Assembly: GCA_965242865.1 (NCBI GenBank)
Contig: CBDETK010000013.1
Span: 2,304,001 to 2,368,000 of the forward strand
DNA from: Candidatus Latescibacterota bacterium
GTDB lineage: Bacteria > Latescibacterota > UBA2968 > UBA8231
Length of the DNA: 64,000 nt
Direction of reading: 5' to 3'
Shown: one piece after another, positions 40,056 to 49,574 of the stretch
How positions within the stretch are numbered: position 1 is the first letter of the stretch
Layout: each line of letters opens with the position of its first letter
The notes under the pieces: model-generated
Database searches by the model: none
The model's input: the letters and a program-made list of their open reading frames with translations, nothing else
What the model was told of the DNA's origin: nothing
Program-made: the position numbers and the translations under genes

Positions 40056-42122
40056 TCAATCCCCAGCCGCCGAAAACTCCGCGTTCCAGAGGGTGCGGTT
40101 CTCGGCAGAAATCCACTGGCCGACCCGGATGCGGTCGATGGCGTAGCCGGGCAGATGAACGGCCGCCATACACTGATCGCCGACTCGGAAATCGTGCCGG
40201 TCGAAATAGAAGTCGAAGTTGTCAAAGCCGTACCGCTGGTGCTTGGATGGCCGGTCGGCCGGGTCGACCGGGGTGACGTGCAAAACGAACTTGGCCTGCG
40301 TGTCGGCCGGGGCACACGGCTGTTTGACGTAGATCAGCCGGCGTCCCGTGCGGTACACGTCCCAGTCGGCGCGCACCACCGGCTCGCTGGCCTGTTGGAT
40401 GAGTCCCTGCAGGTAGCGTTGTTTGCAGGTGCGATGCCTTTTTGCATCGAAGGGTTCGGCCGCCGTTATGCGGAAGACCACGCCATCAGCCAGCTCGGCC
40501 ACGGTTTCCACGCCGGGCAGGCAGCGGAGGTCCAAGTCGTCGTAGGTGCTATGAGGGTCTGATCTTTCACGTAGGATCCAAACGATAGGCCCGCCGACGC
40601 CCTTCTTGGTCTCCCACGTTATGCGCGGTATCACTCGGTAAATCCAGCCTTCGATATACAGGTGCTTTCTCGGGGCGGTGCTCCGATCCCAAAACCAAGT
40701 AAGGTAAGGGCGGTTGCTGAAAATCCTGCTATCGCTCAGGTGGAGCCTGATGTACTTCAGGGTCTCGGAATGTTGCCAATAGGCGATGTTGTAGTTGTAC
40801 CTCTCGTTTTTGACCCCGGACTCCATGCTCTGGCGGGTAATGCGGAGGTTGCTGTACGCCGAGAGGCTGACGTGGGCGAGGGCACCTAGCAAGGCGAGGG
40901 ACGCCAGCCCCCACTTGGGCACGGCCATTCGACCCGCCATCTCGATGGACAGGAATCGGTCCAGCAGCAACGCCGCAGCCACCAGCAGCGGTACATATAC
41001 CGGCAGCAGTAAGCGGCGGTCGACGCCCTGATAAACCGTGAAGGGCACCACAGCGACCATGAACCCGAGGTAAATCAAGGCAAACACCCCGAAAGGGAGT
41101 GCCAACCCCAACCTCCAGCGCGGCGACGCTGTCCGATTCTTTTCCCTCCATCCTGCCCGCCCATACCCTAAGCCGAGACCCGCCACCCCGACGACCATCC
41201 CCGCTACCACCAAGCCGACCGCAGTCCACAGAAGATAACCCAACCCGTCCAGTCCGTTTGAGGGGACGACCCACTCGCGGAACCCCTCGACGATCTGGCT
41301 CAGCCCAGCCGATAGAGACTGCCCGGACTTGCCGCGCCTCGCGGTCAGGGTCCCGGAGATCGCCCAGTTGCGCGCCAGCACCCCGGCGAGGGGCAAGGAT
41401 GAGATGGCCCCAAATACGACAGCGTCTTTCAACCGCACCGCCAGCGGCGGGGTGCGCCGCACCAGCAGCAGGAGGACGCCGGTGCCGATCAGCACCACGC
41501 CCGGATAGCGGGTCACCGCGGCCAGCGCAGTGCAAACCGCCGCCCAATACAGGGGTGCGTCCGTCCGCCGGCGGAGGAAGGACGCCAATTGGATCAAGGC
41601 GAGGAGCGTGAACAGGACGAAGAGGGGTTCGGTCAAGAAACTGGACGCGAGCTCGCTTAAGGGCAGGGAGGCCGCGAGGGTCGCGGTGGCGGCCAGTGCC
41701 AGCCATCGCGCCTGGAGATTCGAGCGCAACCAGCCGCCTGCGACGAGGATGGTCAGCCCGAAGGCGGTGGCGTTGATCAGCCGACCAGCGGCCAGTGGCT
41801 CGATACCAAGCCAACCACCGGCCGCCAGCAGCAGAGGGAACAAGGGCGGCCAAGTTGCCAGCGGTTCGCCCATGAAATCCCGCCAGCCCTCTCCCGCAAG
41901 GAAGTTTATGGCTGTGGACAGGTAATGTACGGAGTCCTTATTAACCGCCGGACCGTAGGTGGCGGTGCGGACGAGGATGTGGGCGGCACCCAGTCCGGCG
42001 AGGGCGACGATGAGCAGCGCGAAGGGGTCGCGCCGGAACTGGGCGAGCCGCTCAAAGGCGGAGGACTTTATCGTGGAGAGGGTAAATTCTCTATCCCCCA
42101 TAAATTTATTAAAAACAACCAT
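40056..42122 (-). CDS. Polytopic membrane protein, GT-C fold (ArnT/PMT-like) glycosyltransferase with C-terminal soluble domain
   Basis: DSVHY, WPPLFP, LTEPLF, TRYPG motifs; many TM helices; start may be 42101. Confidence 0.72.
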   Translation of the reverse strand: MVVFNKFMGDREFTLSTIKSSAFERLAQFRRDPFALLIVALAGLGAAHILVRTATYGPAVNKDSVHYLSTAINFLAGEGWRDFMGEPLATWPPLFPLLLAAGGWLGIEPLAAGRLINATAFGLTILVAGGWLRSNLQARWLALAATATLAASLPLSELASSFLTEPLFVLFTLLALIQLASFLRRRTDAPLYWAAVCTALAAVTRYPGVVLIGTGVLLLLVRRTPPLAVRLKDAVVFGAISSLPLAGVLARNWAISGTLTARRGKSGQSLSAGLSQIVEGFREWVVPSNGLDGLGYLLWTAVGLVVAGMVVGVAGLGLGYGRAGWREKNRTASPRWRLGLALPFGVFALIYLGFMVAVVPFTVYQGVDRRLLLPVYVPLLVAAALLLDRFLSIEMAGRMAVPKWGLASLALLGALAHVSLSAYSNLRITRQSMESGVKNERYNYNIAYWQHSETLKYIRLHLSDSRIFSNRPYLTWFWDRSTAPRKHLYIEGWIYRVIPRITWETKKGVGGPIVWILRERSDPHSTYDDLDLRCLPGVETVAELADGVVFRITAAEPFDAKRHRTCKQRYLQGLIQQASEPVVRADWDVYRTGRRLIYVKQPCAPADTQAKFVLHVTPVDPADRPSKHQRYGFDNFDFYFDRHDFRVGDQCMAAVHLPGYAIDRIRVGQWISAENRTLWNAEFSAAGD

Positions 42123-42469
42123 TTAATTCATTTTTCTTAGTGTGATGATCAGAGCGCACCCCGGCCTTTTTTGTTTGACGCGATCACCCGGCCGCGTGGA
42201 CGATAGATCGGACGCCTGTCCGTGCCAAGGCTACGGAGCTACAGCCTATTTTCGCCGCCCATCGCGCAGGGCACTCCTTTTTCTTTTTGGTCTAAAGCTA
42301 GGGGATCCCAAAGAGATGTTCAATCCCCGGCCCGAGAAAACTCCGCAGCTATCGTGCATTTAGGAGGTGCGCTATCTCGGCTCAGTGCGTCGCGGTTGAC
42401 AGAGAATCGCTGTTGTGTGGATTTTCAGAGGTCGCAGTGACACTGAACGGACTGACGGACTGAAGGAGC

Positions 42470-43591
42470 ATGCGCTACGCGCCCAAGATAGCCCTCGCAC
42501 TGGCCAGTTTGATCCTCGGCATCGCGCTGTGCGAGCTGGCGTTGAGCCTCTGGCACCCGCAGATCTTCCGCCGGCCCCCGGTCTGGCGCTACGACCCCGA
42601 GCTGGGTTGGAGCCACATCCCGGACCGCGTCGGCCGCTTGGTCACGCCAGAATTCGACGTGGAAATGCGGATCAATAGCATCGGCTTGCGCGACCGCGAG
42701 TTCGCGGCCGCAAAGGCCGCGGGCGTCCGCCGCGTGGCCCTGTTTGGCGACTCGTTTGTCGAAGGGTGGGGCGTTCCCATAGAGGCCGCTGTCAGCCGTC
42801 GGCTCGAAGCCTGTCTGCGGCAAGAGAAAGCCGCCGTGGAGGTGGCCAACTTTGGGGTGGCTGGCTACGGCACGGACCAAGCGCTGCTGTTTTTTGAGCA
42901 ACAGGGACCGCGCTTTGGGGCCGATGAGGTGGTGCTCTTTTTTTACGGCAACGACCTGTGGAACAATGCGTCGCGCCGGGGCATTGGGGCCGAGCGGGGC
43001 TTCAAGCCTTACTTCCGGGTGCGGAGCAACGGGCGGCTGGTGCTCGCCGGCGTCCCGGTAAAGAAGTCGAGCTTTTGGCAACCGCCGGCCGACTCGTGGC
43101 CTCTCGCGGCGCGGTTGGAGCGGTATTTCTCGCAGCACTGGCACGGGTACCGGCTGCTGCAAAAGGCGTGGCAGCCGGCCGTGCCGCGCGGGCAGCAGCA
43201 GGATTTTTACGCGGGCCTATACGGCGCGGACGCCCGCTTTGCCCCGGCTTGGGCGCTGACCGGCCGCATCCTCGCGGCCTTTAAGCGCAGCGTTGAGCAA
43301 CGCGGGGCGCGCCTGACCGTCGTGTACGTGCCGTCGATCGTCCAAGTAGAAGAGGACAACTGGCGCGCCAAGCGCGACCTATACGGCCTGATCGGCGAGT
43401 TTGACCTACGCAAGCCCAATGCCCAACTCGCCGGCTTTGCCGAGCAACACGGATTCGCGCTGCTCGACTTGCTCGACGAGTTCCGGAAAAAGGCCCAGTA
43501 CCAAACCCTGTATTGGCGCGATAGCCACTGGAATGCGGCCGGCCACGCCCTCGCGGCTGAGCGGCTCTGCGCGCAGCTGCGGAGACCCTAG
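42470..43591 (+). CDS. SGNH/GDSL hydrolase (AlgJ/AlgX-like acetyltransferase family)
   Basis: FGDSF, NFGVAGYG, GND, DSHWN..GH; AAGGAG RBS. Confidence 0.88.
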   Translation: MRYAPKIALALASLILGIALCELALSLWHPQIFRRPPVWRYDPELGWSHIPDRVGRLVTPEFDVEMRINSIGLRDREFAAAKAAGVRRVALFGDSFVEGWGVPIEAAVSRRLEACLRQEKAAVEVANFGVAGYGTDQALLFFEQQGPRFGADEVVLFFYGNDLWNNASRRGIGAERGFKPYFRVRSNGRLVLAGVPVKKSSFWQPPADSWPLAARLERYFSQHWHGYRLLQKAWQPAVPRGQQQDFYAGLYGADARFAPAWALTGRILAAFKRSVEQRGARLTVVYVPSIVQVEEDNWRAKRDLYGLIGEFDLRKPNAQLAGFAEQHGFALLDLLDEFRKKAQYQTLYWRDSHWNAAGHALAAERLCAQLRRP

Positions 43592-43819
43592 CCCGTGGAG
43601 TGGCGCAAGGAGCTGGGGGCAGTGGGGGGATTGCAATTGACACAGGGGATGCTTGCACGTCAGTCAAATGGTGGATATGAAATTGGCAGAAAGAGCGTAG
43701 AGTAGAGCCTGTGTCGGTGTAACTTTGGTGTTCAGCGGCGAGAATAACCTCTATTCCGCTCAGGATGTCATACACTCAAGTAAATCAAATAGAACCGCTT
43801 TCACGATCTTCAACGCTTC

Positions 43820-44263
43820 CTAGACAAGTTTCTGCTCACGTATCGTGAAAGGAGATGTCGTGTACGACTGAAACAAAACCCGTCCGTCAAACGACAAAAG
43901 CTGCTGAAGCCTTTGGCTGTAAATAGAGTGCTCTATCATTTTACCGGCCTCTGTCTTTTGGACCCATGCAACGTCGAGCGTCTCTGCTCCTATCCGAGCG
44001 TCCCCAGACAACCAAGAACCCAGGAAATCGAAGATCACGCGATGATTGCTGAGGTTGCTATACACGCCGACGAGTCGATCCGCCGAAGCCACGACATTGG
44101 CCTCTTCCCGGACTTCGCGGATGACCCCATCGAGGACGGATTCCCCTTCTTCGACTTGGCCGCCGGGAAACTCCCATCCCCTTCGCTCTGTTCTAACCAG
44201 CAGCACCTCGTCGCCCCGTTCCACGAGCATTCCAGCCGCGACGATGTGTTTTGGCGGATTCAT
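43820..44263 (-). CDS. NUDIX hydrolase
   Basis: GGQVEEGESVLDGVIREVREE Nudix box. Confidence 0.93.
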   Translation of the reverse strand: MNPPKHIVAAGMLVERGDEVLLVRTERRGWEFPGGQVEEGESVLDGVIREVREEANVVASADRLVGVYSNLSNHRVIFDFLGSWLSGDARIGAETLDVAWVQKTEAGKMIEHSIYSQRLQQLLSFDGRVLFQSYTTSPFTIREQKLV

Positions 44264-44271
44264 TCGAGTCT

Positions 44272-45918
44272 CTACTCAACCCCGACCTTTTTGTAAATCT
44301 CCGCCCGCACCGCGTACATTTCCCGCGCCTCTTGGGTCATCTCCGCTCCGCCCCGTTCCATCCATTCGGCCACAAAAGCGTCGAAATAGTCGAGGGCGCG
44401 CTCGCCGCGCACGATTTCGGCGTAGGCTGTCATCTGCAAATTCCGCAGATCGCGCAGATGCTTGATCGACGAGGGCACCACGTCCGGCTTGCCGAACAGG
44501 CCGGCCTGCGCCCACTCCGAGCGTTGATAGCGGGCGCGGTGTTGCAGCATGGCCGTCGGCAAGTACTTGTCGGCAATGGCGGGCCGGACCCCGCAGGGCG
44601 CGAAAAAGCCGCCCGGACCATCGACGTTCAACGCGGTCAGATGCTTGTTGGCGACGTTGCGGTCGTCGTAGGGCGGCAGATGGTACAGGCCGCGCTCGGC
44701 GTCAAACTCCCAATGGACGCCCCGCTGGCCCATCCGCACCTCCACAAAGAGCTTTTCCTCAACCGCGAGGGCCTCGAAAATTTTGAGCATCCGCACGACC
44801 TTCTCCGGCGCGGCCGCCACCTGCTTGCCAAAGACGAAAACGTGGGCGGCCGCGCTCCACACCCGTCCCCCGCGGATGCCTTGCGGGCCGGCCGGGAACG
44901 GCCCGGCCACCACCTCGGCCCCCGGCTGCAACTCGGCAATGACCGATACCAGCGACGCCTTATTGTACCGATCAAAGCTGCTATAGCTGCCTTGGCCGAA
45001 GAGATACCCGGTCTTGCCGCTGACGAATTTCTGATAGGGGATCGGGCTGCTCTTGATTTGGCCGATCGCAAAGTCCGGGTCAATCAGCCCGTCGGCGTAC
45101 CACCGGCGCAACAGCCCTAGAATCTCTTTGACCTCGGGCCGAGTCCCGCCCCACACCACCTCGCCGTCGCGCAGCATCCAGCCGTGCGGCACGATCCCGT
45201 AGGCCCCAAAGACTTCGCCGAAGACGTTGAACCAAGCCTGCGCGTTGGGGCACATGCCGTAGGTGTCCCGTATGCCATTGCCGTCCGGGTCTGCGTGGCG
45301 AAACTTCCACAGGGCCTCGTACATCTCGTCGAGGGTCGCCGGCACTTTGTCGATGCCGACGTTGCGCAGCCAGTCCATCCGCCAAATTCCCGGCACGGGA
45401 TAGCCGAGACTGCTGCCCCACGTGGGGATGCCGTAGTTGGCCCCCTTCCAGTAGGCGTAGAGCCAAGCCCACGGCGCGTACTGGTTGAGATAGCGCACGT
45501 AGTTGGGCGCGTGTTTTTGGATGACCTCGTAGGGAATGGGCAACGCATAGCCGTGGTGGGCGTCCTTTTGCACCACGACCGGGTCGCCGGCGTAAAACAA
45601 ATCGGGCACATTGCCGCCGGCAAAGACCAGCGGCCGCCGCCGCATATAGGCAAAATGGCTGATAAACAGCGGCTTAAATTCGACGTTGAACCGCGCTTCG
45701 AGCCGCTGTTCGATCCAAGTGCCCTCGCGCGCGGTGGGAAAGCGCGGAATGCTCATCCAAGCGATCTCGAGCCGCTCGGCGGGGTCGTCGACCACCGCGT
45801 CCCAGTCGATGCTCCGCTCGGTCTGGGTCGCCTGCGTCCGCCGCGCCTGCCGCTCGGCAAAGGCATACACCGCGCTAATGCCGGCGCAAAACGCCAGTAG
45901 GATGAGAATTTTTTTCAT
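44272..45918 (-). CDS. ABC transporter extracellular solute-binding protein (carbohydrate, LplA-like)
   Basis: Signal peptide; RMDWLRNVG..VPATLDE.YEAL..F...DPDGNG; WYADGLIDPDF. Confidence 0.88.
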   Translation of the reverse strand: MKKILILLAFCAGISAVYAFAERQARRTQATQTERSIDWDAVVDDPAERLEIAWMSIPRFPTAREGTWIEQRLEARFNVEFKPLFISHFAYMRRRPLVFAGGNVPDLFYAGDPVVVQKDAHHGYALPIPYEVIQKHAPNYVRYLNQYAPWAWLYAYWKGANYGIPTWGSSLGYPVPGIWRMDWLRNVGIDKVPATLDEMYEALWKFRHADPDGNGIRDTYGMCPNAQAWFNVFGEVFGAYGIVPHGWMLRDGEVVWGGTRPEVKEILGLLRRWYADGLIDPDFAIGQIKSSPIPYQKFVSGKTGYLFGQGSYSSFDRYNKASLVSVIAELQPGAEVVAGPFPAGPQGIRGGRVWSAAAHVFVFGKQVAAAPEKVVRMLKIFEALAVEEKLFVEVRMGQRGVHWEFDAERGLYHLPPYDDRNVANKHLTALNVDGPGGFFAPCGVRPAIADKYLPTAMLQHRARYQRSEWAQAGLFGKPDVVPSSIKHLRDLRNLQMTAYAEIVRGERALDYFDAFVAEWMERGGAEMTQEAREMYAVRAEIYKKVGVE

Positions 45919-45993
45919 GGTGTGCTTAAAAAACGAGGGAGGCAGATCGCGTTGATCTACCTCCCCCAGTCAAACCCGCAAACCACCGGGCCG

Positions 45994-46938
45994 CTACTGC
46001 ATGTACGAAGCCTTGATGTGGCCCCAGCTGTCGTTCTCAACGGAGGTGGGCAACAGGTCCGGCTGCGCTGGCAGCAAGATGAAGTCGGTGATGCACTTGC
46101 CGTCGCCATTGCCGCACCGCTGCCCCCCCATGCGCCAAGCGGCAAAGCGGCGGTCGGTCTCGTTGTCCGTGCCCACGTCGTTGTCGATGATCGAGACCCC
46201 CAAGCCGATGATATCGCTTTCGCTGAAGGCGTGTTGGATGCTGTTTTCAGGCGATGCGTGGTCGAAATCGTCCCAGCCCACAGTCCACCACTCCGCTTGG
46301 AAGGTCGCCTCGGTGGCGTGGGCACCGTTGAGGTTGAAGGAGTCGCCGCAGCACGAATAAGGCTCGACGTCGTGCCAAGTGGCGCTTGAGGCCCACAGCC
46401 AGTTCCAGCCGATCGGCTCCATTGGCGGCCAGCGGTAGTGGCTCATCTGGTTGAGGCGGCCCCGGTTGCGCAACACTTCCTCTTCAGTGTCGAAGTCGTC
46501 GGCGCCAAACCACGAGACGTCGCCGCCGTGGTTGGCGTCGAGGTTGATCTCAAAGCTGTCGTCGCCGCCCGCTCCTCCCACGCCACCGGCATCGCGATCC
46601 CAGAGATCGTCGAAGCGGTCATAGACGAAGTAGAGGCGGTCTAGCTCGTCGTTCCAGCCCGCGGTCCAGCGGAAGTTCAGATCGGCGGTATTGACCTCGG
46701 CTCCGACCTCGCCGGCTACCACCACGTGCAGGAGCTCGCCGTTGAACTCGCTAAACGGCGTGAGCCACAAATTGTCGGGCACTACGTCCCACTCGGAAAT
46801 ATCGCCATCCATCACCGGCAGATGCGACGTGGGCCACTGCCAGACGCCCAAAATTAGCCCCTCGGGCACGTGTGCCCAAGCAGGCGAGCCGAGCCCCAAA
46901 AGCGCTACGGCCGCACTCAGCGTTACTAGTCTCCTCAT
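45994..46938 (-). CDS. Secreted hypothetical protein (CBM9/DOMON-like) with C-terminal SWGxIK tag
   Basis: GGAG RBS; signal peptide ending AWA; MDGDISEW; C-terminus TSVENDSWGHIKASY. Confidence 0.7.
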   Translation of the reverse strand: MRRLVTLSAAVALLGLGSPAWAHVPEGLILGVWQWPTSHLPVMDGDISEWDVVPDNLWLTPFSEFNGELLHVVVAGEVGAEVNTADLNFRWTAGWNDELDRLYFVYDRFDDLWDRDAGGVGGAGGDDSFEINLDANHGGDVSWFGADDFDTEEEVLRNRGRLNQMSHYRWPPMEPIGWNWLWASSATWHDVEPYSCCGDSFNLNGAHATEATFQAEWWTVGWDDFDHASPENSIQHAFSESDIIGLGVSIIDNDVGTDNETDRRFAAWRMGGQRCGNGDGKCITDFILLPAQPDLLPTSVENDSWGHIKASYMQ

Positions 46939-47135
46939 GGCTGTCTCTCCTATCCTAAAATGGGGGTTGCCGCAAAATGCTCGCGCCGCTGACTCGGAGC
47001 GCACTTTGCAGCGCATTGAGTGGTTAGTCATAACAAACGCCTCTTGGGTTGTCAAGGAATTGAAAATCTCTCCCCGTTAGCGTACATTTTTTAAGCCAAT
47101 CGGACATCCGCTAAAACGGCCTTCGGAGGAACGAC

Positions 47136-47945
47136 ATGACCATCATTCACACCATAGAAGACCTATTGCACACACTAGACGACAATCCCGAATGGGTTGA
47201 AGCCCTGCGCGCTCGGCTGCTGTCGCCCGAACTACTCAACCTGCCCGAAAAATTTGCCCAGTTCGCCAACGAGATGAACAGTTTTGCCGCTGAGACCAAC
47301 AAATTCATCGCCGAAACCAACAAGTTCATCGCTGAGACCAACAAGTTCATCGCCGAAACAAAGGTATTCATCGCCGAAACCAACAAGTTCATCGCTGAGA
47401 CCAAAGAATTTATCGTCGAAACCAAAGAATTCATCGCCGAAACCAAAGAATTCATCGTGGCTACGAATAATCACTTTGCTTCCCTCGAAACCAGAATGCA
47501 GTCCATCCAAGACGATGTAGGCATGCTCAAAGGGGCCCACGCCCGCAACGCCGCCCTCAGAGAGGCCCCCTTCATCGCCGATGGCTTGGGCCTGCGGTGG
47601 GTTAAAGACCTTACCCCGGTCGACCTCTGGGAATTGACCGATCGCGCCCCAGCGGACATTCCTACCAATCAGTTGCGGAGCTTTCGTCGGGCCGACTTGG
47701 TTGCGGAGGCCACTGCGCTGGACAACGGCGAGACCTGCTACATCGCCGTGGAAATCTCCTTCACGGCCAACGGGCGCGACACGACCCGCGCCCAGCGCAA
47801 CGCCGCGTTCCTAGCCCAGTTCACCGGCCGGCGCACCTATGCGGCGGTCGCTGGCATGCGCCGCGACCGCCGCATAGAGGAACTCATCGAAGCCGGCGAG
47901 GTGTTCTGGTATCAATTGGATCCCGCGATCTTGGAAGCGGAATAA
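47136..47945 (+). CDS. Coiled-coil heptad-repeat protein with C-terminal PD-(D/E)xK-like domain
   Basis: GGAGG RBS; FIAETNK-type repeats; ADLV...YIAVEIS...D..RA motif. Confidence 0.75.
   Translation: MTIIHTIEDLLHTLDDNPEWVEALRARLLSPELLNLPEKFAQFANEMNSFAAETNKFIAETNKFIAETNKFIAETKVFIAETNKFIAETKEFIVETKEFIAETKEFIVATNNHFASLETRMQSIQDDVGMLKGAHARNAALREAPFIADGLGLRWVKDLTPVDLWELTDRAPADIPTNQLRSFRRADLVAEATALDNGETCYIAVEISFTANGRDTTRAQRNAAFLAQFTGRRTYAAVAGMRRDRRIEELIEAGEVFWYQLDPAILEAE
47283..47471 (+). repeat. Nine 21-bp coding tandem repeats (FIAET[N/K][K/E])
   Basis: ttcatcgccgaaaccaacaag-like units. Confidence 0.92.
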
Positions 47946-47954
47946 CGCCCCGAC

Positions 47955-49409
47955 CTACGCAGAGGTTTCATCCGCCGCCAGCGGCCCCACCGCGCCCAAC
48001 CGCAGCGCGGGATAGAGCGTTTCAAAAAGGGGCGTGTCGCCCGTATCGCGGGCATAACGCCAATACAGCCGCGTCATTTTCTCGACCTGCTCGGCATAGG
48101 CCGGTTCCTGCGCCAGATTCTTCATTTCGTAAGGGTCTTCGTCGAGCTGGTACAGCTCGTCGAAATCAAAACCGTTAAACACGAACTTCCACGGTCCGTC
48201 CCACACCACCCGCTGCGTCAGCCGGTGGCGGTTGCCAAAGTATTCGGCATACCCCCGGGTCCATTCGTCGGCAACAGTTGCCGGTTCGCGCAGCAGCTCG
48301 ACAAACGAGCGGGAGTCGCTCTCCGCAATAGGCTCGCAGTCGGCCAGTTCCAACAACGTCGGGCACAGGTCGTGCAAGCCAACGCGGCCCTCGCAAACGG
48401 CCTTCTTGGCAATCGCAGGGCCGCGCACGATGAGCGGCACTTGATACACTTCTTCAAACGCAGAAATATCCTTGAAAAACAGACCGTGCGCGCCCAGCAA
48501 ATCCCCGTGGTCGGCGCCCAGCACCACGATCGCGTCGTCGAGGTTGCCCGTCTCCTCGAGAAAGTTGAGCACCCGCCCGAACTGGGCGTCTATTTCGCTA
48601 ATTGAAGCGAAGTAACACGCCCGCGCCGTGCGCTTTTGCTCCTCGTCGAGCGGCCGCCAAATGCCCTGCGCCCGGCGGTAAAGCCCCGGCCGATCCACTA
48701 AATCATCCTCGGCATTGGGCGGCGACCGCAGCGGTTGTGCGGCATAGTGGTCGTACCACGTGCGGCCGGCGATAAAGGGATCGTGCGGCTCCTCCAAGCT
48801 GACAAAGGCGCACCACGGCTCAGGGCCTTGTACCGCCTCCTTTAGATAGCGCAGGGCCAGCGTCGTCGTCAGCCCCATGCCGCGCTCTTCGGCTGGCCGG
48901 TCGGTCACCCCGTAGAGCAGGTGGGGGCCATAGCCGTGCGGCCAGTCGAGATAATGCGCGGGATCGCACGCCGGACGCCGCGGCTTACCGCCCAAGACCT
49001 CGGCGACCAATTCGTTGTAGAGCGGACTGCCAACGGCCCCATTGACCTGCCAGCCGAAGCGGCCCAGCGCATTGTCGCGCTCAATGTGCCACTTGCCAAA
49101 ATACCCGGTGCGATAGCCTGCTTCTACGAGGCGCTCGGCCCAATGCGCCTTATCGGGGCGTAGCGCGTGCATATCCGGCACCTTGGGATAGAGCACCTCC
49201 AGCACCCCGTGGTTGTGCGGCATCAGCCCGGTCATCAGACTCGCCCGGGTCGGCGAGCAAATGTTATTGGGCGTATAGGCGCGGGTAAAACGCACCCCTT
49301 CCCCGGCCAGCCGATCCAAGTGCGGCGTTTGACAAACGTGATCGGGCGCGAGCACGCGGGCCTGCATCTGGTCGGCCATCAAAAAAAGAATGTTGGGTCT
49401 CTTGTTCAT
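47955..49409 (-). CDS. Sulfatase (formylglycine-dependent)
   Basis: RPNILFLMADQ; CSPTRASLMTG; GYFGKWH; DHG; DPYEMKNLA. Confidence 0.94.
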   Translation of the reverse strand: MNKRPNILFLMADQMQARVLAPDHVCQTPHLDRLAGEGVRFTRAYTPNNICSPTRASLMTGLMPHNHGVLEVLYPKVPDMHALRPDKAHWAERLVEAGYRTGYFGKWHIERDNALGRFGWQVNGAVGSPLYNELVAEVLGGKPRRPACDPAHYLDWPHGYGPHLLYGVTDRPAEERGMGLTTTLALRYLKEAVQGPEPWCAFVSLEEPHDPFIAGRTWYDHYAAQPLRSPPNAEDDLVDRPGLYRRAQGIWRPLDEEQKRTARACYFASISEIDAQFGRVLNFLEETGNLDDAIVVLGADHGDLLGAHGLFFKDISAFEEVYQVPLIVRGPAIAKKAVCEGRVGLHDLCPTLLELADCEPIAESDSRSFVELLREPATVADEWTRGYAEYFGNRHRLTQRVVWDGPWKFVFNGFDFDELYQLDEDPYEMKNLAQEPAYAEQVEKMTRLYWRYARDTGDTPLFETLYPALRLGAVGPLAADETSA

Positions 49410-49462
49410 CGTTTAGTCGTAGTCGCGCCCCTTGCTACATGACACCAGCGGCCGCCTTCCAA

Positions 49463-49489
49463 GGATCGAGGGCGGGACGCCCTCGATCC
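49463..49489. repeat. REP-like hairpin, 12-bp stem with GGA loop
   Basis: GGATCGAGGGCG-gga-CGCCCTCGATCC; a 16-bp perfect palindrome AAGGGTCGCGACCCTT also lies at 49529-49544. Confidence 0.75.
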
Positions 49490-49574
49490 CGGACGCAGCG
49501 GCAACACCAGAAAAGGCGTACTCAACGGAAGGGTCGCGACCCTTTGTCCTTTCGGTAGAGGTTCATAAAGGTTT

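Noticed and set aside
38200-40146. Long alternative-frame and antisense ORFs (also 22618-24018, 62058-63404 and many others)
   Set aside because: Shadow ORFs expected in high-GC DNA; they overlap well-supported genes and show no motifs.
42350-42470. Possible tRNA or riboswitch in this and other intergenic regions (24500-24627, 32546-32770)
   Set aside because: No cloverleaf, T-loop or known riboswitch consensus visible by eye; an Infernal/Rfam scan would be decisive.
43760-43815. Minus-strand MKAVLFDL resembling a HAD hydrolase start
   Set aside because: Only about 8 residues match; too short to support a pseudogene call.
47283-47471. Possible CRISPR array or iteron cluster
   Set aside because: 21-bp units are contiguous and encode a heptad coiled coil.
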